64,000 nt of DNA from Octopus bimaculoides (taxonomy: Eukaryota): assembly GCF_001194135.2 (NCBI RefSeq), contig NC_068993.1, forward strand, positions 44,538,176-44,602,175, in the 5' to 3' direction. Below, one piece after another: positions 25,901-37,346 of the stretch. Both the position numbers and the translations under genes were made by a program. Numbering within the stretch: position 1 is the first letter of the stretch; each line of letters starts with the position of its first letter. Below the pieces are notes generated by a model. That model did no database searches. It saw nothing but the letters and a program-made list of their open reading frames with translations, and was not told where the DNA came from.

Positions 25901-28776
25901 GCTCCAGCAGTAACTGGGGCAATTAACCCAGCAACAAATCAATGCCTTTTACAAGTCTTGCATTCTGAATATTCCACCCTTCGGGGTCATACTACTAACT
26001 ACTTATTTGTAATTGGTAAACATAACTGGAGCAGGTCATATCTAGTTTGCTATCCAGTCTTTAATTCTTTAACTTGTTTCAGTCATTTGACTGCGGCCAT
26101 GCTGGAGCACCGCCTTTAGTCGAGCAAATCAACCCCAGGACTTATTCTTTATTAGCCTAGTACTTATTCTATCGGTCTTTTTTGCCGAACCGCTAAGTTA
26201 CGGGGACATAAACACACCAGCATCGGTTGTCAAGCGATGTTGGGTTACAAACACAGACACACAAACATACACACACACGCATACATATATACGACGGGCT
26301 TCTTTCAGTTTCCGTCTACCAAATCCACTCACAAGGCTTTGGTCAGTCCGAGGTTATAGTAGAAGACACTTGTCCAAGGTNNNNNNNNNNCAAGGCTTTG
26401 GTCAGTCCGAGGTTATAGTAGAAGACACTTGTCCAAGGTGCCACGCAGTGGGACTGAACCCGGAACCATGTGATTTGTAAGCAAGCTACTTACCACACAG
26501 CCATCTGTTTACATATTACTGATGGTTCTGATGCCAGCCACAGTGGAGGTTAATGGCATTGATTTAGTTGTATGTGGGCAGAGAATGTATGAATGAATGA
26601 TAGTCTACTTTTTGGGACTCATTGGGAATGGATAGTCTCATTTCAAATTTTGTGTAAGTTGTTATCTTCTTGAGTTAACAAAATAAATATCAGTCAAGTA
26701 CTTGAATCATTCTGTTAACTGGACATATTTATTCCAAAAGAGATCTCTGGTCAAAGTCAAACCAAGAAGTCAGATTCCATAGCTTTCTGGAAGATCAGCT
26801 CTGCCCATAGCAATGAAGAAAAGGAGTGGATGCCTGTGATGACTAATTGACAAAAGCTTTGTCTTGCCAGCATTAAAAGTTATCAGTCAGTCACTACTCC
26901 ATTCCATGACCACACAAAGATTATTCTCAAGAAAAACACACCATTCAAGGCTGCTAGTTTTATCATGACATGATTAGATTGGTATCATTGGCGTAGAGGG
27001 CAAGTTTAGAAATAATATGATCTGGAATGTCATTGATGGAAAAGAGAAAAATAGTAGGACCAAGTACAGAATTTTGAAGTACTCTAGCATTGATAGTATA
27101 TGAATCTGTCTTCTGGCTATCAAGAACCACATTGATTCTGCAGTTTGAAAGAAATGATTTGATGATGTTAAGAAAAGGCCCAGACAAACCATAGCCTCTG
27201 AACTAATGGATCAGGCCAACATGTCACACTCTGTCAAAAGCCTTTGAGATATCAAGATCAATGAGTAACTTCACCGGAAGAGTTAAGTGAATGATAGAAA
27301 TGGTAAGATATGATAGTGAGAACATCAAGAGTAGACCTAGATGTTTTGTTTGTTGGCACTCCGTCGCTTACGACGTCGAGGGTTCCAGTTGATCCGATCA
27401 ATGGAACAGCCTGCTAGTGAAATTAATGTGTAAGTGGCTGAGCACTCCACAGACACGTGTACCCTTAACATAGTTCTCAGGGATATTCAGCGTGACACAG
27501 TGTGACAAGGTGGACCCTTTGAATTACAGGCACAACAGAAACAGGAGGTAAGAGTGAGAGAAAGTTGTGGTGAAAGAGTACAGCAGGGTTCGCCACCATC
27601 CCCTGCCAGAGCCTCGTGGAGCTTTAGGTGTTTTTGCTCAATAAACACTCACAACGCCCGGTCTGGGAATCGAAACCGCGATCCTATGACCGCGAGTCCG
27701 CTGCCTTAACCACTGGGCCATTGCGCCTCCACAGACCTAGATGTATGAGAACCATATTGGAAATCGGAAAAAATTCCAGAAGATTCAAGGTGCCTGATCA
27801 AAGCCATGCTAATAATGGATTCAAAGACCTTACTAACTACAGGAAGATAACTTATAGCCCTACACCCAAAATTTGTGGACTTGTTCCAAAATGAAATTAC
27901 TATAAGAAATCTTCTGTTCTAATAAACTATTTTCCTTTGATCTACTTCATAGTAATCTCTGATTCTTTTGTATCTCAGGACCCGTCATCTTCCAGTCGCA
28001 GTACTGTTGCTGTTGCAGTTGCATCTATGTATGTTTCTGAATTACTGCAGAGTTTTGGGATAAACTTTGGTAAACAAACGGTAAATGCCTTTTGTAATAT
28101 TTCATTATATTTCTGTAATATTTTAATATTTTTTATAAAGGTGGCAAGCTGGCAGAACCGTTTGCATGCTGGGAAAAATGCTTAGCAACATTTCATCCAC
28201 CTTTATGTTCTGAGTTCAAATTCCACCAAGGTTGACTTTGCATTTCATCCCTTTTGAGTAGTGGGATTGATGTAATTGACTACCTCACCCTCAAATTTGC
28301 TGGCCTTGTCCCAAAATTTAAAACCAGTATTTTATTATATTTCATATATTTTAAAACTTAAGTTTTATAAAAATCTAAGAGTATCTGTGATATGATATCT
28401 TCGCTTCGATAGAGTAAGAGAAATGGCAATAACTGTAGAATATTGCATCAAAATGTTTTACATGATTTAGTTTCAGAATTTTCAGTTCCAGTGTCAAATA
28501 ATCTCATGTTTGACTCTCTAGGAGTCAGTAAAATAAGTACCAGTAATATTCTTGAATCTATTGATAATACCCTTATCCTTCAAATTCTGATCTTGTGTCT
28601 GAATAGAAAAACCTTGTTTACTCAAATCTATGTAACCTCATTTCACCTAACTGTCAGTAATATGTATAAAATTTTTCTGCATAACCTTTGGTAATGAGCT
28701 CATCTCCAGCATCTACCCTTCATCTGTACATGTATACTTACAACTCACATATGAAGATGCATGTTGACTATATATA

Positions 28777-28835
<59 letters not shown>

Positions 28836-31371
28836 GAGTATTTTAATACTTCGCTTAGGCATAGCAATATTAATAACCTGGTGTCAATGTACATATGTCA
28901 ATGTACATATGCTTCAGAATAAAGCCCTTCCTAACGCCAACCACTCCATAGAGTTTACTGGGTATCTTTTACGTTTCACCAACCCGGGTGCCTATATCTA
29001 TACACACACACACACACACACACACACAATGGGCTTCTTTCACTTTCCATCTATCAATTCTACTCACAAGGCTTTCATTGGCTCAAGGCTATAGTATAGA
29101 AGACACTTGCTTAAGGTGCTACGTAGTGGGACAGAACTCAAAACCATGTGGCTGGGAAGCAAACTTCTTACTAGTCAGCCCCACTTATGCCTATGCTGAT
29201 GTTAGAAATTTTTGTTGTGTACCCCATTTAAAGACACCCACCTGTATGTACCCTGTCTTGTATCTCTTGCAGCAGGAGACAGAGTCCAGCAGTGATCTAC
29301 AACTGTCTCAAGTCATTAACAGTACAGTGAAATACAGGAACAAAATTCGACAGTTTGTTCTAAGCCCTCATGAAGATATATCGTTTGGCAAAGGTAAGTA
29401 ATTTATCACCACCACCCCTACTTTAATGACTTTCATCATCACTACCACCACCAATACCACTATCACTACTACAACCACTATTACAACCACTAACACCACC
29501 ATCAGTATCACAACCACTACCACCATCACTACAATCATCACTATATTCATTAGCTTCATCTAGATTACAGCCACGACCACCACTGCTATCACTACCACTA
29601 CTACCATCACTATTACTATCACTATTCACCACCACTGCTATCACCATCACAATAATCATCGCTATATTCATCACTACCACCACCATTAGGAGCACTCCGT
29701 CAGTTACGACAACGAGGGTCCCAGCTGATACAATCAACGGAACAGCTTGCTCGTGAAATTAACGTGCAAGTGGCTGAGCACTCCACAGACACGTGTACCC
29801 TTAACGTAGTTCTCGGGGATATTCAGCGTGACACAGAGTGTGACAAGGCTGGCCCTTTGAAATACAGACACAACTCATTTTTGCCAGCTGAGTGGACTGG
29901 AGCAACGTGAAATAAAGTGTCTTACTCAAGGACACAATGAGTCGCCAGGAATTGAACTCACGACCTTACGATCGTGAGCCAAATCCCCTAACCGCTAAGC
30001 CACAAACCTTCACACCACCACCACCACCATTACTACGACCACTACTACCACACAATCTCTCACCACCACCATCACCACAATCTTCACAACCACCACCACC
30101 ACTATTACCATAACTACAATCATCACTATATTCATCACTACCACCACTTCTATTGTCATTAACAACTTAAATAAAAACAAAAAAAACGAAGAATCATCAG
30201 TAGATCGTACCTTAAGAAAGGTGGTTTATTGTCTGTGACCCATGAATTTATCTCTAATTTCACCCACCACCCTTAAACATTTCATATTTTCATGTCTGTT
30301 ACAAACTATTTTAAAATTCATTGAAATACTCTTGTTTGTTAGACATGACGAAATTCTTTCTTTCTTTCATTCCAGATTATGAAGATCTCAACAAGAAAGA
30401 AAAGAAGAAACTAAAATTCCAAGCTCTCCAGCCTCTAATTTCTTCTTCTGATGATATTCGTAAAGAATTTGCAGCCATGGATATACAAATAATTGTAAGA
30501 TTGATTGTTCCCATCAGGCATGAGTGGCTATGTGGTTAAGAAGTTCATTTGCCAGCCATGTGGTTTTGGGTGCAATCCCAACTTGAACAAGAGTCTTCTA
30601 CTATAGCACCAGGCCAACCAAAGTCTTATAACATGGATTCATTAGATGGAAACTGAAAGAAGCCTAGTGTGTGTGTGTATGAACCTACCTACCTAGCCAG
30701 CTGGGTAGCATCATTTGAAAGCTACAACATTGCTTTATTCCCTACAACAGTAGGGTATAACAACATCTGATCTGACCGATACAGTGATATGTGTATACAG
30801 TGGACTTCTTTCAGTTTCTATTAAGCAAATATGTTTGTATGTCATGTCCACATCATTTAACGTCTGTTTTTCCATGCCAGCATGGGTTGGACAGTTTAAC
30901 AGAATCCAACAAGCTGCAAGGTTGCATTGACCTTTAGTGTCAGTATGTGTGTGTGTGTATATATATATATATAATCACCATCATTTAACATCCGTTCTCC
31001 ATACTGGCATGGATTGGACCAAGTGTCAGTCATCTGTTTTGGCATGGTTTCTACAGCTGGATGCCCTTTCTAATCCCAACCACTTGGGGTAAAGTCAACC
31101 TCGGCAAAATTTGAACTCCGAACCTAAAGGCGGACAAAATGCCAGTACGCATTTTGCCTGGTGTCATAACGATTCTACCAGCCTGCTGCCTTAAACAACA
31201 TAATATTAAGAATATTCATTGTATGCGTTTAATTACTGATAAAAGTAATGCTCCCTATTTAACAATAATTTCATCCTATATTTAGAAGTTCTTTCATTTT
31301 TCTGTTTATAGGATTATCAAAATGACTCTTCATGGAAAATTGTGACAACGAAAAAGAAAAAAGAAAATTAA
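11896..31371 (+). CDS. CARS2: Mitochondrial cysteinyl-tRNA synthetase (class I aaRS), 13 coding exons, about 600 aa
   Basis: Hand-spliced exons total 1803 nt in one frame with GT-AG introns. Motifs [65 protein letters not shown] and DDFD are present. The N-terminal extension and the [16 protein letters not shown] start match the mitochondrial rather than cytosolic type. Confidence 0.95.
13290..13697 (-). mobile_element. tRNA-derived SINE family B, intronic
   Basis: Reverse complement of the head GGC.TGACTGTATGGTTAAGAAGTTTGCC..GGTTCAGTCCC..CACCTTGGGCAAGTGTCTTCTAC, with a (CA)n middle and a CAGCATGGCTGCAGTCCAATGACTGA 3' part. Confidence 0.8.
13773..13941 (+). CDS. CARS2: CARS2 exon 2 (HIGH-type motif HLGH; first Zn-ligand Cys)
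   Basis: Acceptor CCTAG|G; [34 protein letters not shown]...[14 protein letters not shown]; donor |GTAAGT. Confidence 0.97.
15400..15586 (+). mobile_element. Possible Helentron-associated (HINE-like) element end
   Basis: CATGCCAAATTTGGT...CTAGTGGTTT...TTTTATACATATGTAGAT resembles the TTTATATATATAGAT-type terminus recalled for such elements. Not verified. Confidence 0.4.
16100..16277 (+). CDS. CARS2: CARS2 exon 3
   Basis: Acceptor ATTAG|; [59 protein letters not shown]; donor G|GTAAAG (phase 1). Confidence 0.95.
17485..17562 (+). CDS. CARS2: CARS2 exon 4
   Basis: Acceptor TTCCAG|; (G)[25 protein letters not shown]; donor A|GTTAGT. Confidence 0.92.
18180..18306 (+). CDS. CARS2: CARS2 exon 5
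   Basis: Acceptor TTCCAG|; [41 protein letters not shown]; donor AG|GTCAGT. Confidence 0.97.
18397..18650 (+). mobile_element. SINE family B, 5' part, intronic
   Basis: GGTGCAGGTATGGCTGTGTGATGAAGAAGTTTGCTTCCCAAC..GGTTTCAGGTTGAGTCCC head with Pol III A/B-box-like motifs. Confidence 0.7.
19082..19215 (+). CDS. CARS2: CARS2 exon 6 (His/Glu Zn ligands)
   Basis: Acceptor TTTCAG|; [44 protein letters not shown]; donor G|GTAAGA. Confidence 0.97.
20672..20803 (+). CDS. CARS2: CARS2 exon 7 (KMSKS motif)
   Basis: Acceptor CTTTAG|; [43 protein letters not shown]; donor A|GTAAGT. Confidence 0.97.
22285..22423 (+). CDS. CARS2: CARS2 exon 8
   Basis: Acceptor TTCCAG|; [45 protein letters not shown]; donor AA|GTAGGT. 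Phases fit both neighbours. Confidence 0.9.
23030..23308 (+). mobile_element. RTE-type LINE 3' end (family A), intronic
   Basis: GGTTGGCGTTAGGAAGGGCATCCAGCTGTAGAAACTCTGCC...CAACCCATGCTAGCATGGAAAGCAGACGTTAAAC then (GAT)n. Confidence 0.85.
24160..24600 (-). mobile_element. Short RTE-derived element (5'UTR-like segment joined to RT tail); related copy at 53590-53892
   Basis: GACCCTAAGAGCTATGCCAGC...GGTAGGATCTTCCATGTTCAACAGGTCAAAGGGGAGAGGTCAGACTAA is followed within about 100 bp by decayed [10 protein letters not shown].., resembling the RGRP tail. Confidence 0.55.
25027..25147 (+). CDS. CARS2: CARS2 exon 9 (DALR-like helical domain)
   Basis: Acceptor TTTTAG|; [40 protein letters not shown]; donor |GTAAAA. 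Confidence 0.93.
25208..25587 (+). mobile_element. Full-length tRNA-derived SINE (family D) with 11-bp TSD
   Basis: A box TGGCCCAGTGG and B box GGTTTCGATTCC; tail GCCAACAACA. TSD ATTATTGTCAT at 25196-25206 and 25588-25598. Confidence 0.92.
26065..26502 (-). mobile_element. Full-length SINE family B (spans 10-N gap)
   Basis: Nearly identical in structure to the 33991-34347 and 50781-51188 copies. Confidence 0.88.
26963..27200 (-). mobile_element. Decayed non-LTR RT core fragment (CR1/L2/Jockey-like), intronic
   Basis: [16 protein letters not shown]...[23 protein letters not shown]...LYANDT corresponds to GVPQGSVLGP..FLIFINDL..YADD. Confidence 0.85.
27345..27732 (-). mobile_element. Full-length SINE family D, antisense, with 12-bp TSD
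   Basis: Reverse complement of 25208-25587. TSD AGACCTAGATGT at 27333-27344 and 27733-27744. Confidence 0.92.
27979..28080 (+). CDS. CARS2: CARS2 exon 10
   Basis: Acceptor TCTCAG|; [34 protein letters not shown]; donor |GTAAAT; phase 0-0. Confidence 0.87.
28141..28326 (+). mobile_element. tRNA-derived SINE family C, intronic
   Basis: AGCTGGCAGAACCG (A box) ...CTGAGTTCAAATTCC (B box) ...GACTTTGCATTTCATCC...GGCCTTGTCCCAAAATTT. Confidence 0.75.
29276..29393 (+). CDS. CARS2: CARS2 exon 11 (alternative acceptor at 29273)
   Basis: TTGCAGCAG|GAG; [39 protein letters not shown]; donor G|GTAAGT. Confidence 0.87.
29405..30150. repeat. (ACC/ATC/ACT)n low-complexity trinucleotide tract interrupted by a SINE
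   Basis: Degenerate CAC/CAT/TAC triplets on both sides of 29690-30003. Confidence 0.85.
29690..30003 (-). mobile_element. SINE sharing its 3' half with family D but with a different head and middle
   Basis: 29690-29862 matches the reverse complement of 25415-25580. The remainder (GCCAGCTGAGTGGACTGGAGCAACGTGAAATAAAGTGTCTT..) differs and recurs at 60640-60770. Confidence 0.8.
30376..30494 (+). CDS. CARS2: CARS2 exon 12 (anticodon-binding region)
   Basis: Acceptor TTCCAG|; [39 protein letters not shown]; donor |GTAAGA. DxIRxxL..GI-like consensus. Confidence 0.9.
31312..31371 (+). CDS. CARS2: CARS2 terminal coding exon 13
   Basis: Acceptor TTTATAG|; [19 protein letters not shown] then TAA at 31369-31371. 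Matches the D...(T/S)W ending of CysRS. Confidence 0.87.
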   Translation, partial: DYQNDSSWKIVTTKKKKEN

Positions 31372-31599
31372 GAAGTTGAACATTAGATCTTCAGACAAAA
31401 AAAAAAAATACTCGCAGTGTGGAGTTTATGACCCTGCACATTCTGCTGTTCAACTTGGTATCCAGATTTTTTTTTTCTACCTTCCTGGTAAAGTACTTGT
31501 CAGATCTTGGAATTGATTTAAATTTTCCTATAAAGCATCCTGGATGTGAATTGAATATTAATAGAAGTGACAAGACAGAAGAAGAAATGCATAAATTAA

Positions 31600-31605
31600 A
31601 ATAAA
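31600..31605 (+). terminator. Candidate polyadenylation signal for CARS2
   Basis: AATAAA about 230 nt after the stop. The region is AT-rich and other hexamers exist, so support is weak. Confidence 0.3.
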
Positions 31606-33637
31606 AATTATAAAAATACAGGTAATATTTTTAAATGAAACTGTGATAATAAGAAATCAGTGATATGAGAGATTGGCTGGACATAAAATATATGAAACTT
31701 GGCTAATGTGCATAAATCTAGTTATTTATTTGAAAGCCTCATCTGTGAAGATTGCAGACAAAGTGGAAACCTCTTATTTTTCTTTTAAATAAACAGAAAA
31801 ATAATTAAGACTACATGCACATGCACACACATATACAGACACACACATCAATTTCTGGAACCTTCAGTTCCAAGACCTTTCCAGATTATTGATTTTCCCA
31901 AACTAAGGGTGGTCATCTCTAAATTAAATAAATATTACTGTACCTATACATTAGTATAAATGATACAATTTTATTAATACTGTACTGTGCAAGGTACTGT
32001 GAAACAGGGCCACACAGTAAATTTGTCTGGTGGCTGCAGGAATTTGAAGTTCCTACTCATAAACTAATGCAGATTATAAGAGGTTCTAGACCACCAGTGT
32101 CTGGAAAGTCAGTGTTGTGTGCCTTTGTGTATATATTCATCTATATATACTTATGTATTTGTGTGTGTGTAATGGTAGCATATCAGTGTATAACTAATTT
32201 GCATATTGTACATTAATCAGCAACATGATTAATTAGATAAAATACGTGTTTATATAGGACACAGCATAATTTAGAATACCTAAAAAAAGAAATTCAACAA
32301 TGGATAGTGAGCTGTAGATTTTGGAAGAAATCATTGGAATAAAAGATGTTTTGTTTCATACAATTAATGATGTTTCTTCATTAGAATATTTTTTCACAAA
32401 AATTCACCACCAATAATAAATATTGTAAGAAGAAATATTTGTATTTTTATGAATAAAAAAATGTCGAATTTTTCCCTTTTTATGTTACTTGTTATTTAGT
32501 CATCATCATCACCATTTAACATCTGCTTTTCTGTACTAGTATATGCTGGATGGTTTGACAGGAACCAACAAACCAGAAACCTGCACCATGCTCTACTGTT
32601 TACTTTGCCATGGTTTCTACAACTGGATGCCCTTTGTAAGGTCAACCACATTACAGTTTGCACCGGTGCCTTTTATGTAGCACCAACATTAATGATGTCA
32701 CAAAGTAACTTGCAAGGCAAGTCGCATCCGTTAATACTACACACCCTCAAATGAGAGGTTTTAGTATTGAGGGGGGTGGATTTATGCCAGGTGATGTAAG
32801 GTTGAAGTATAACAAAGGGACAGGAACAGATGTCTTGCAATAGAAGAGGTACATGGCTACCCGAGCTGGAAAAGAAAAGAAAGTGAAGAAGTGTCAGGGC
32901 ATACCCTCAAGTTACAGAGAACGGAACATAAGGGAAGCGGTTCAGAGGATTTGACAGGAGGAATGGATAGGTAGGTTTGCAAGAGTGTCAAATGAATAAA
33001 ATTTAAACAAACAGGTTATATTTAATACAGTTAGATATATAACACTATTATGTTGTCAGTTAATGGAAAGATTATGGGGAAATCATTTAAGGGCTGTGTT
33101 TTGGGCATCTGTTGACCTTAATCTAAACCTAAATGTCAAACATTCCTTAATTCTGTAGTAAGTGTTTAAACTTGGAGGACTATACTGTCCTTGCAGTCTC
33201 ATTAAAATAAGGTGGACTTAACCATTGGGAGTTATGTGAACTGGTGACAAGACATGAATTGCTAGCCTCTTGATTGGTGTTTAGTACCAGCTTAGTTGTG
33301 ATCTAACAGTCCTCTGATCAAAGGTATTCCAGCCATAGCCATCCCTCTTATTTTTTACAATCACAATATACCTAGGGCTTGACAATATGTTCTGCCAATA
33401 GTACAGTAGGATGAAATTTGAGGGAGATTTGACTGCTATTTCTAACAGATCAAGTGGCTATTTGGAGGTTTGCTTATGAACTTCCTTCTTGTTTGATAGT
33501 TTGGTCCTGTGTCAGTTTAAACATTAGTCTTCACTGACGAGCCAATACAGGATTAAGATGCATTTGCTCAACTGCAAACCTATCCAATCCATTTCAACAA
33601 AAATATACACCATGTAATATATGTATGTGTGTGTATG

Positions 33638-33680
<43 letters not shown>

Positions 33681-33990
33681 NNNNNNNNNNNNNNNNNNNN
33701 NNNNNNNNNNNNNNNNNNNNNNNNNNNNNNNNNNNNNNNNNNNNNNNNNNNNNNNNNNNNNNNNNNNNNNNNNNNNNNNNNNNNNNNNNNNNNNNNNNNN
33801 NNNNNNNNNNNNNNNNNNNNNNNNNNNNNNNNNNNNNNNNNNNNNNNNNNNNNNNNNNNNNNNNNNNNNNNNNNNNNNNNNNNNNNNNNNNNNNNNNNNN
33901 NNNNNNNNNNNNNNNNNNNNNNNNNNNNNNNNNNNNNNNNNNNNNNNNNNNNNNNNNNNNNNNNNNNNNNNNNNNNNNNNNNNNNNNNNN

Positions 33991-34099
33991 GTTCAGTCCC
34001 ACTGCGTGGCACCTTGGGCAAGTGTCTTCTACTATAGCCTTGGGCTGACCAAAGCCTTGTGAGTGGATTTGGTAGACGGAAACTGAAAGAAGCCCGTCG

Positions 34100-34134
<35 letters not shown>

Positions 34135-34347
34135 GTATGTGTGTTTGTGTGTCTGTGTTTGTCCCCCCACCATCGCTTGACAACCGATGGTGGTGTGTTT
34201 ACATCCCCGTAACTTAGCAGTTCGGCAAAAGAGTCCGATAGAATAAGTACTAGGCTTCCAAAGAATAAGTCCTGGGGTCGATTTGCTCGACTAAAGGCGG
34301 TGCTCCAGCATGGCTGCAGTCAAATGACTGAAACAAGTAAAAGAGAG
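33991..34347 (+). mobile_element. SINE family B (5' end in gap)
   Basis: GTTCAGTCCCACTGCGTGGCACCTTGGGCAAGTGTCTTCTAC...GGTGCTCCAGCATGGCTGCAGTCAAATGACTGAAACAAGTAAAAGAG. Confidence 0.88.
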
Positions 34348-34700
34348 TTCTAAAAGAACATTAAAACGATTATGATTGATTGTGCTGGAAATTGCAATGC
34401 TGTTATTGGTGATTATGACAATAGTGAGTGACAATGATCATTCAAAATATTATAATGACAACAATGACGATTTTGTCACAATATACACACATAATATTTA
34501 ACAAAAGACAGGTGACAGTGACTTTGAAGTTTCAGTCTACTGCATTTATCAGACAGTCAAAGGCTAGCAGGCTGAATCTTAAACTTAGAAGTCATTATCA
34601 ACTCTCTTGTAAATGTATAATAAATATGTACTCTACAAAAAAGTACCAAGCAATTCTAAATTAGTATTAGTCAATATATAAGCAAAATATATATATATAT

Positions 34701-35216
34701 ATTTGTTTTGCAAGATTTTTGATGTGAAATCGTGTGTTGAAACAGATGTTGTACTTGGGGATGGTCATATTGCTAGTTTAGCCAATAAAAACACACGTAC
34801 TGTATATTTGGTGCTAATTTGCTTCAGCTTTATATTACATTATATTACATTAATCCTATTTCGGCCAGAGTTCTTTCATCACACTTCTGACCTCATCAGT
34901 GGTCCTTTGCTTTCTTCTTTCTTATGTGTGTCCCACCTTGCTAACTATCGGCCATTTTGTATTTTGTATTCCTATTGTATGTGTCTACGCATGCGTATCC
35001 CTCAATGTGTGTCTATGATAGTTAGCAAGGTGGGACACACATAAGAAAGAAGAAAGCAAAGGACCACTGATGTGGTGACAGAAGTGTGACGAAAGAACTC
35101 TGGCTGAAATAGGATTAATGTAATATAATATAAAGCTGGAGCAAATTAACACCAAATATACAGTGCGTGTGTTTTTATTGGCTAAACTGGCAATATGACC
35201 ATCCCCAAGTACAACA
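34701..35216. repeat. Foldback element: about 200-bp inverted arms (34747-34949 / 35017-35216)
   Basis: The arms are reverse complements with scattered mismatches and one 5-bp indel. A related element lies at 52537-52862. Confidence 0.92.
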
Positions 35217-35254
<38 letters not shown>

Positions 35255-35461
35255 ATTAGCATACCTGTATCATCAAAGATACCTACAGTCTCATTAATGA
35301 CAGAAAATTGTGCATCAAAACAATGGGAGAAACCACTGATAAAGTTCAGCAATCAAGTGAATATATGTACATACACAGAATTGAAGCACTTGAACAATCA
35401 AATATGGGTGTAATGCCTCGATTTAGAATATTATTGTCCATGTAATATATGTATGTGTGTG

Positions 35462-35496
<35 letters not shown>

Positions 35497-36746
35497 TTCA
35501 ACCACTACTGTGGTTGAATATATTCTTAAGTTCACCATTTCGTCAATCACAGCAGCTTCCAGGCTTGACTACTAATTCAGCTCTCAAATAAATTGCAAAC
35601 TGTTAATAGTTTTAAAGAGGACACCTCTTCAGCGACACTTTGGCATAAATAGTTTGAGATTTGGTTCAGTAGAAAAAAAAATTTACATCAAAATAGCTAC
35701 GACCTCAAGAGGCAGATATTCATCTTCAATTAACATAAATTTTTTTAATTTTAAATTAAAAGTAACTACAGTTTGTTATCATTGAGTATCTCTGACTGTT
35801 ACTCACTCCCACTCTGTTTGTTGTTTCAGCTTCCCTATGCCAGTGTGACCAATGTGAAACATTGTATTTAATTATAAGTAAGATAAGAAAAGATTAGTTA
35901 AGCATTAAGAAAGCAGAATCAACTTTCAAATACAAAGGACAAACAGAAGAATGCAGTAGAGACTCTGTTACAGCAAGGAAGTAGAGACACTGTTGGATAA
36001 ACTTAGATAAACTTAGATATGTTTTGACCAAAGATTGGTCCAGGCCATGTCTAACTTAATAGCACCATCTGATAGGATTATCTAAATCCTTTTTAAGTCA
36101 AGTTTTGTTTATGGTCCATTCAAGTAGTAAGTTCTTGTTGAGTGAGTTGTATCCAGGTATGGGTGGCTTATCTGGTATTCCTTGAAGAAATCTGTCCACA
36201 CTCCATTTAAATAATTTAGAAAACTTTAAACTTTCATTAAACATTATGAAACAAATACAAAACTTAAACAGAACGCCTCCAGCTCGTGTCAGATGATTTT
36301 GAAAGCAAATCTTATAAACTGGAACAAATTCAACAGCTTCAAACACTAAAGTGTTACTCACAAAAATAGTATATATATCATCATCATCGTTTAGTGTCCT
36401 CTTTCCATGCTGGCATGGGTTAGATGGCTTGACATGGAGCTTGCTGGCAAGGAGCTGTCCAGACTCCAACTGTTTATTGTGACGTGGTTTTTATAGTTTG
36501 ATGCCTTTCCTAATGCCAACCACTTAAAAGAGTGTCTTGGGTGTATTTTACGTATATATATACATATACAAAGATATGTAGTATATTATATATGTTAATG
36601 TGTATTCATATATTTATATATGTACATATGTGTGTTTGTACATGTTTTTATAGCTATGTGTGCATGTGTGTGTATTTAGATACATTTGTATATACACACA
36701 CACACACACAAATTCCTCATTAATATTAAAGGAAATATTTCTTTCT

Positions 36747-36851
<105 letters not shown>

Positions 36852-37174
36852 GTTGGCTCATTTCTGACTAAGTTGCTGAGATTTCATTAAGAACAACTTA
36901 TTTCCAATGGTTAAGGCATGCTTTCTATGAGATGGATGATTGATAGATACCATTAGTAAACTTTTTCAAGGGGTATTTAGGGGGCTTCTCACTCTCATAC
37001 CCTCACCACAACCACAGGAACCCCTACCCTTCTTCTATTCTGTTATTTAATAGTCTCGTTGGTCATGCATGTGTCCCCTATTAATCAGAGTCTCCTGAGA
37101 GGCTGACATCAAAGCAATGCACATGCTTGATGTAGGAGGATGTGATGGTAGGGGTGCATAAAGATCAGTTGTAG

Positions 37175-37294
37175 TGGTAGTGGTGGTGGTGGTGGCAGTG
37201 GTGGTGGTGGTGGTGGCAGTGGTGGTGGTGGTGGTGGTGGTGACAGAATTTCTTTATACATAATCAATGTCCATTTTTCACATCGCCTCTCTCA

Positions 37295-37346
<52 letters not shown>

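Noticed and set aside
26332-26439. Identical 49-bp direct repeat
   Set aside because: The copies sit on either side of a 10-N gap; this is an unmerged contig overlap.
29368-29737. Val-rich and Ser/Asp/Gly-rich ORFs
   Set aside because: Translations of the intronic trinucleotide low-complexity tract.
31419-31604. ORF downstream of the last CARS2 exon as a C-terminal extension
   Set aside because: It is in a different frame; CARS2 stops at TAA 31369-31371.
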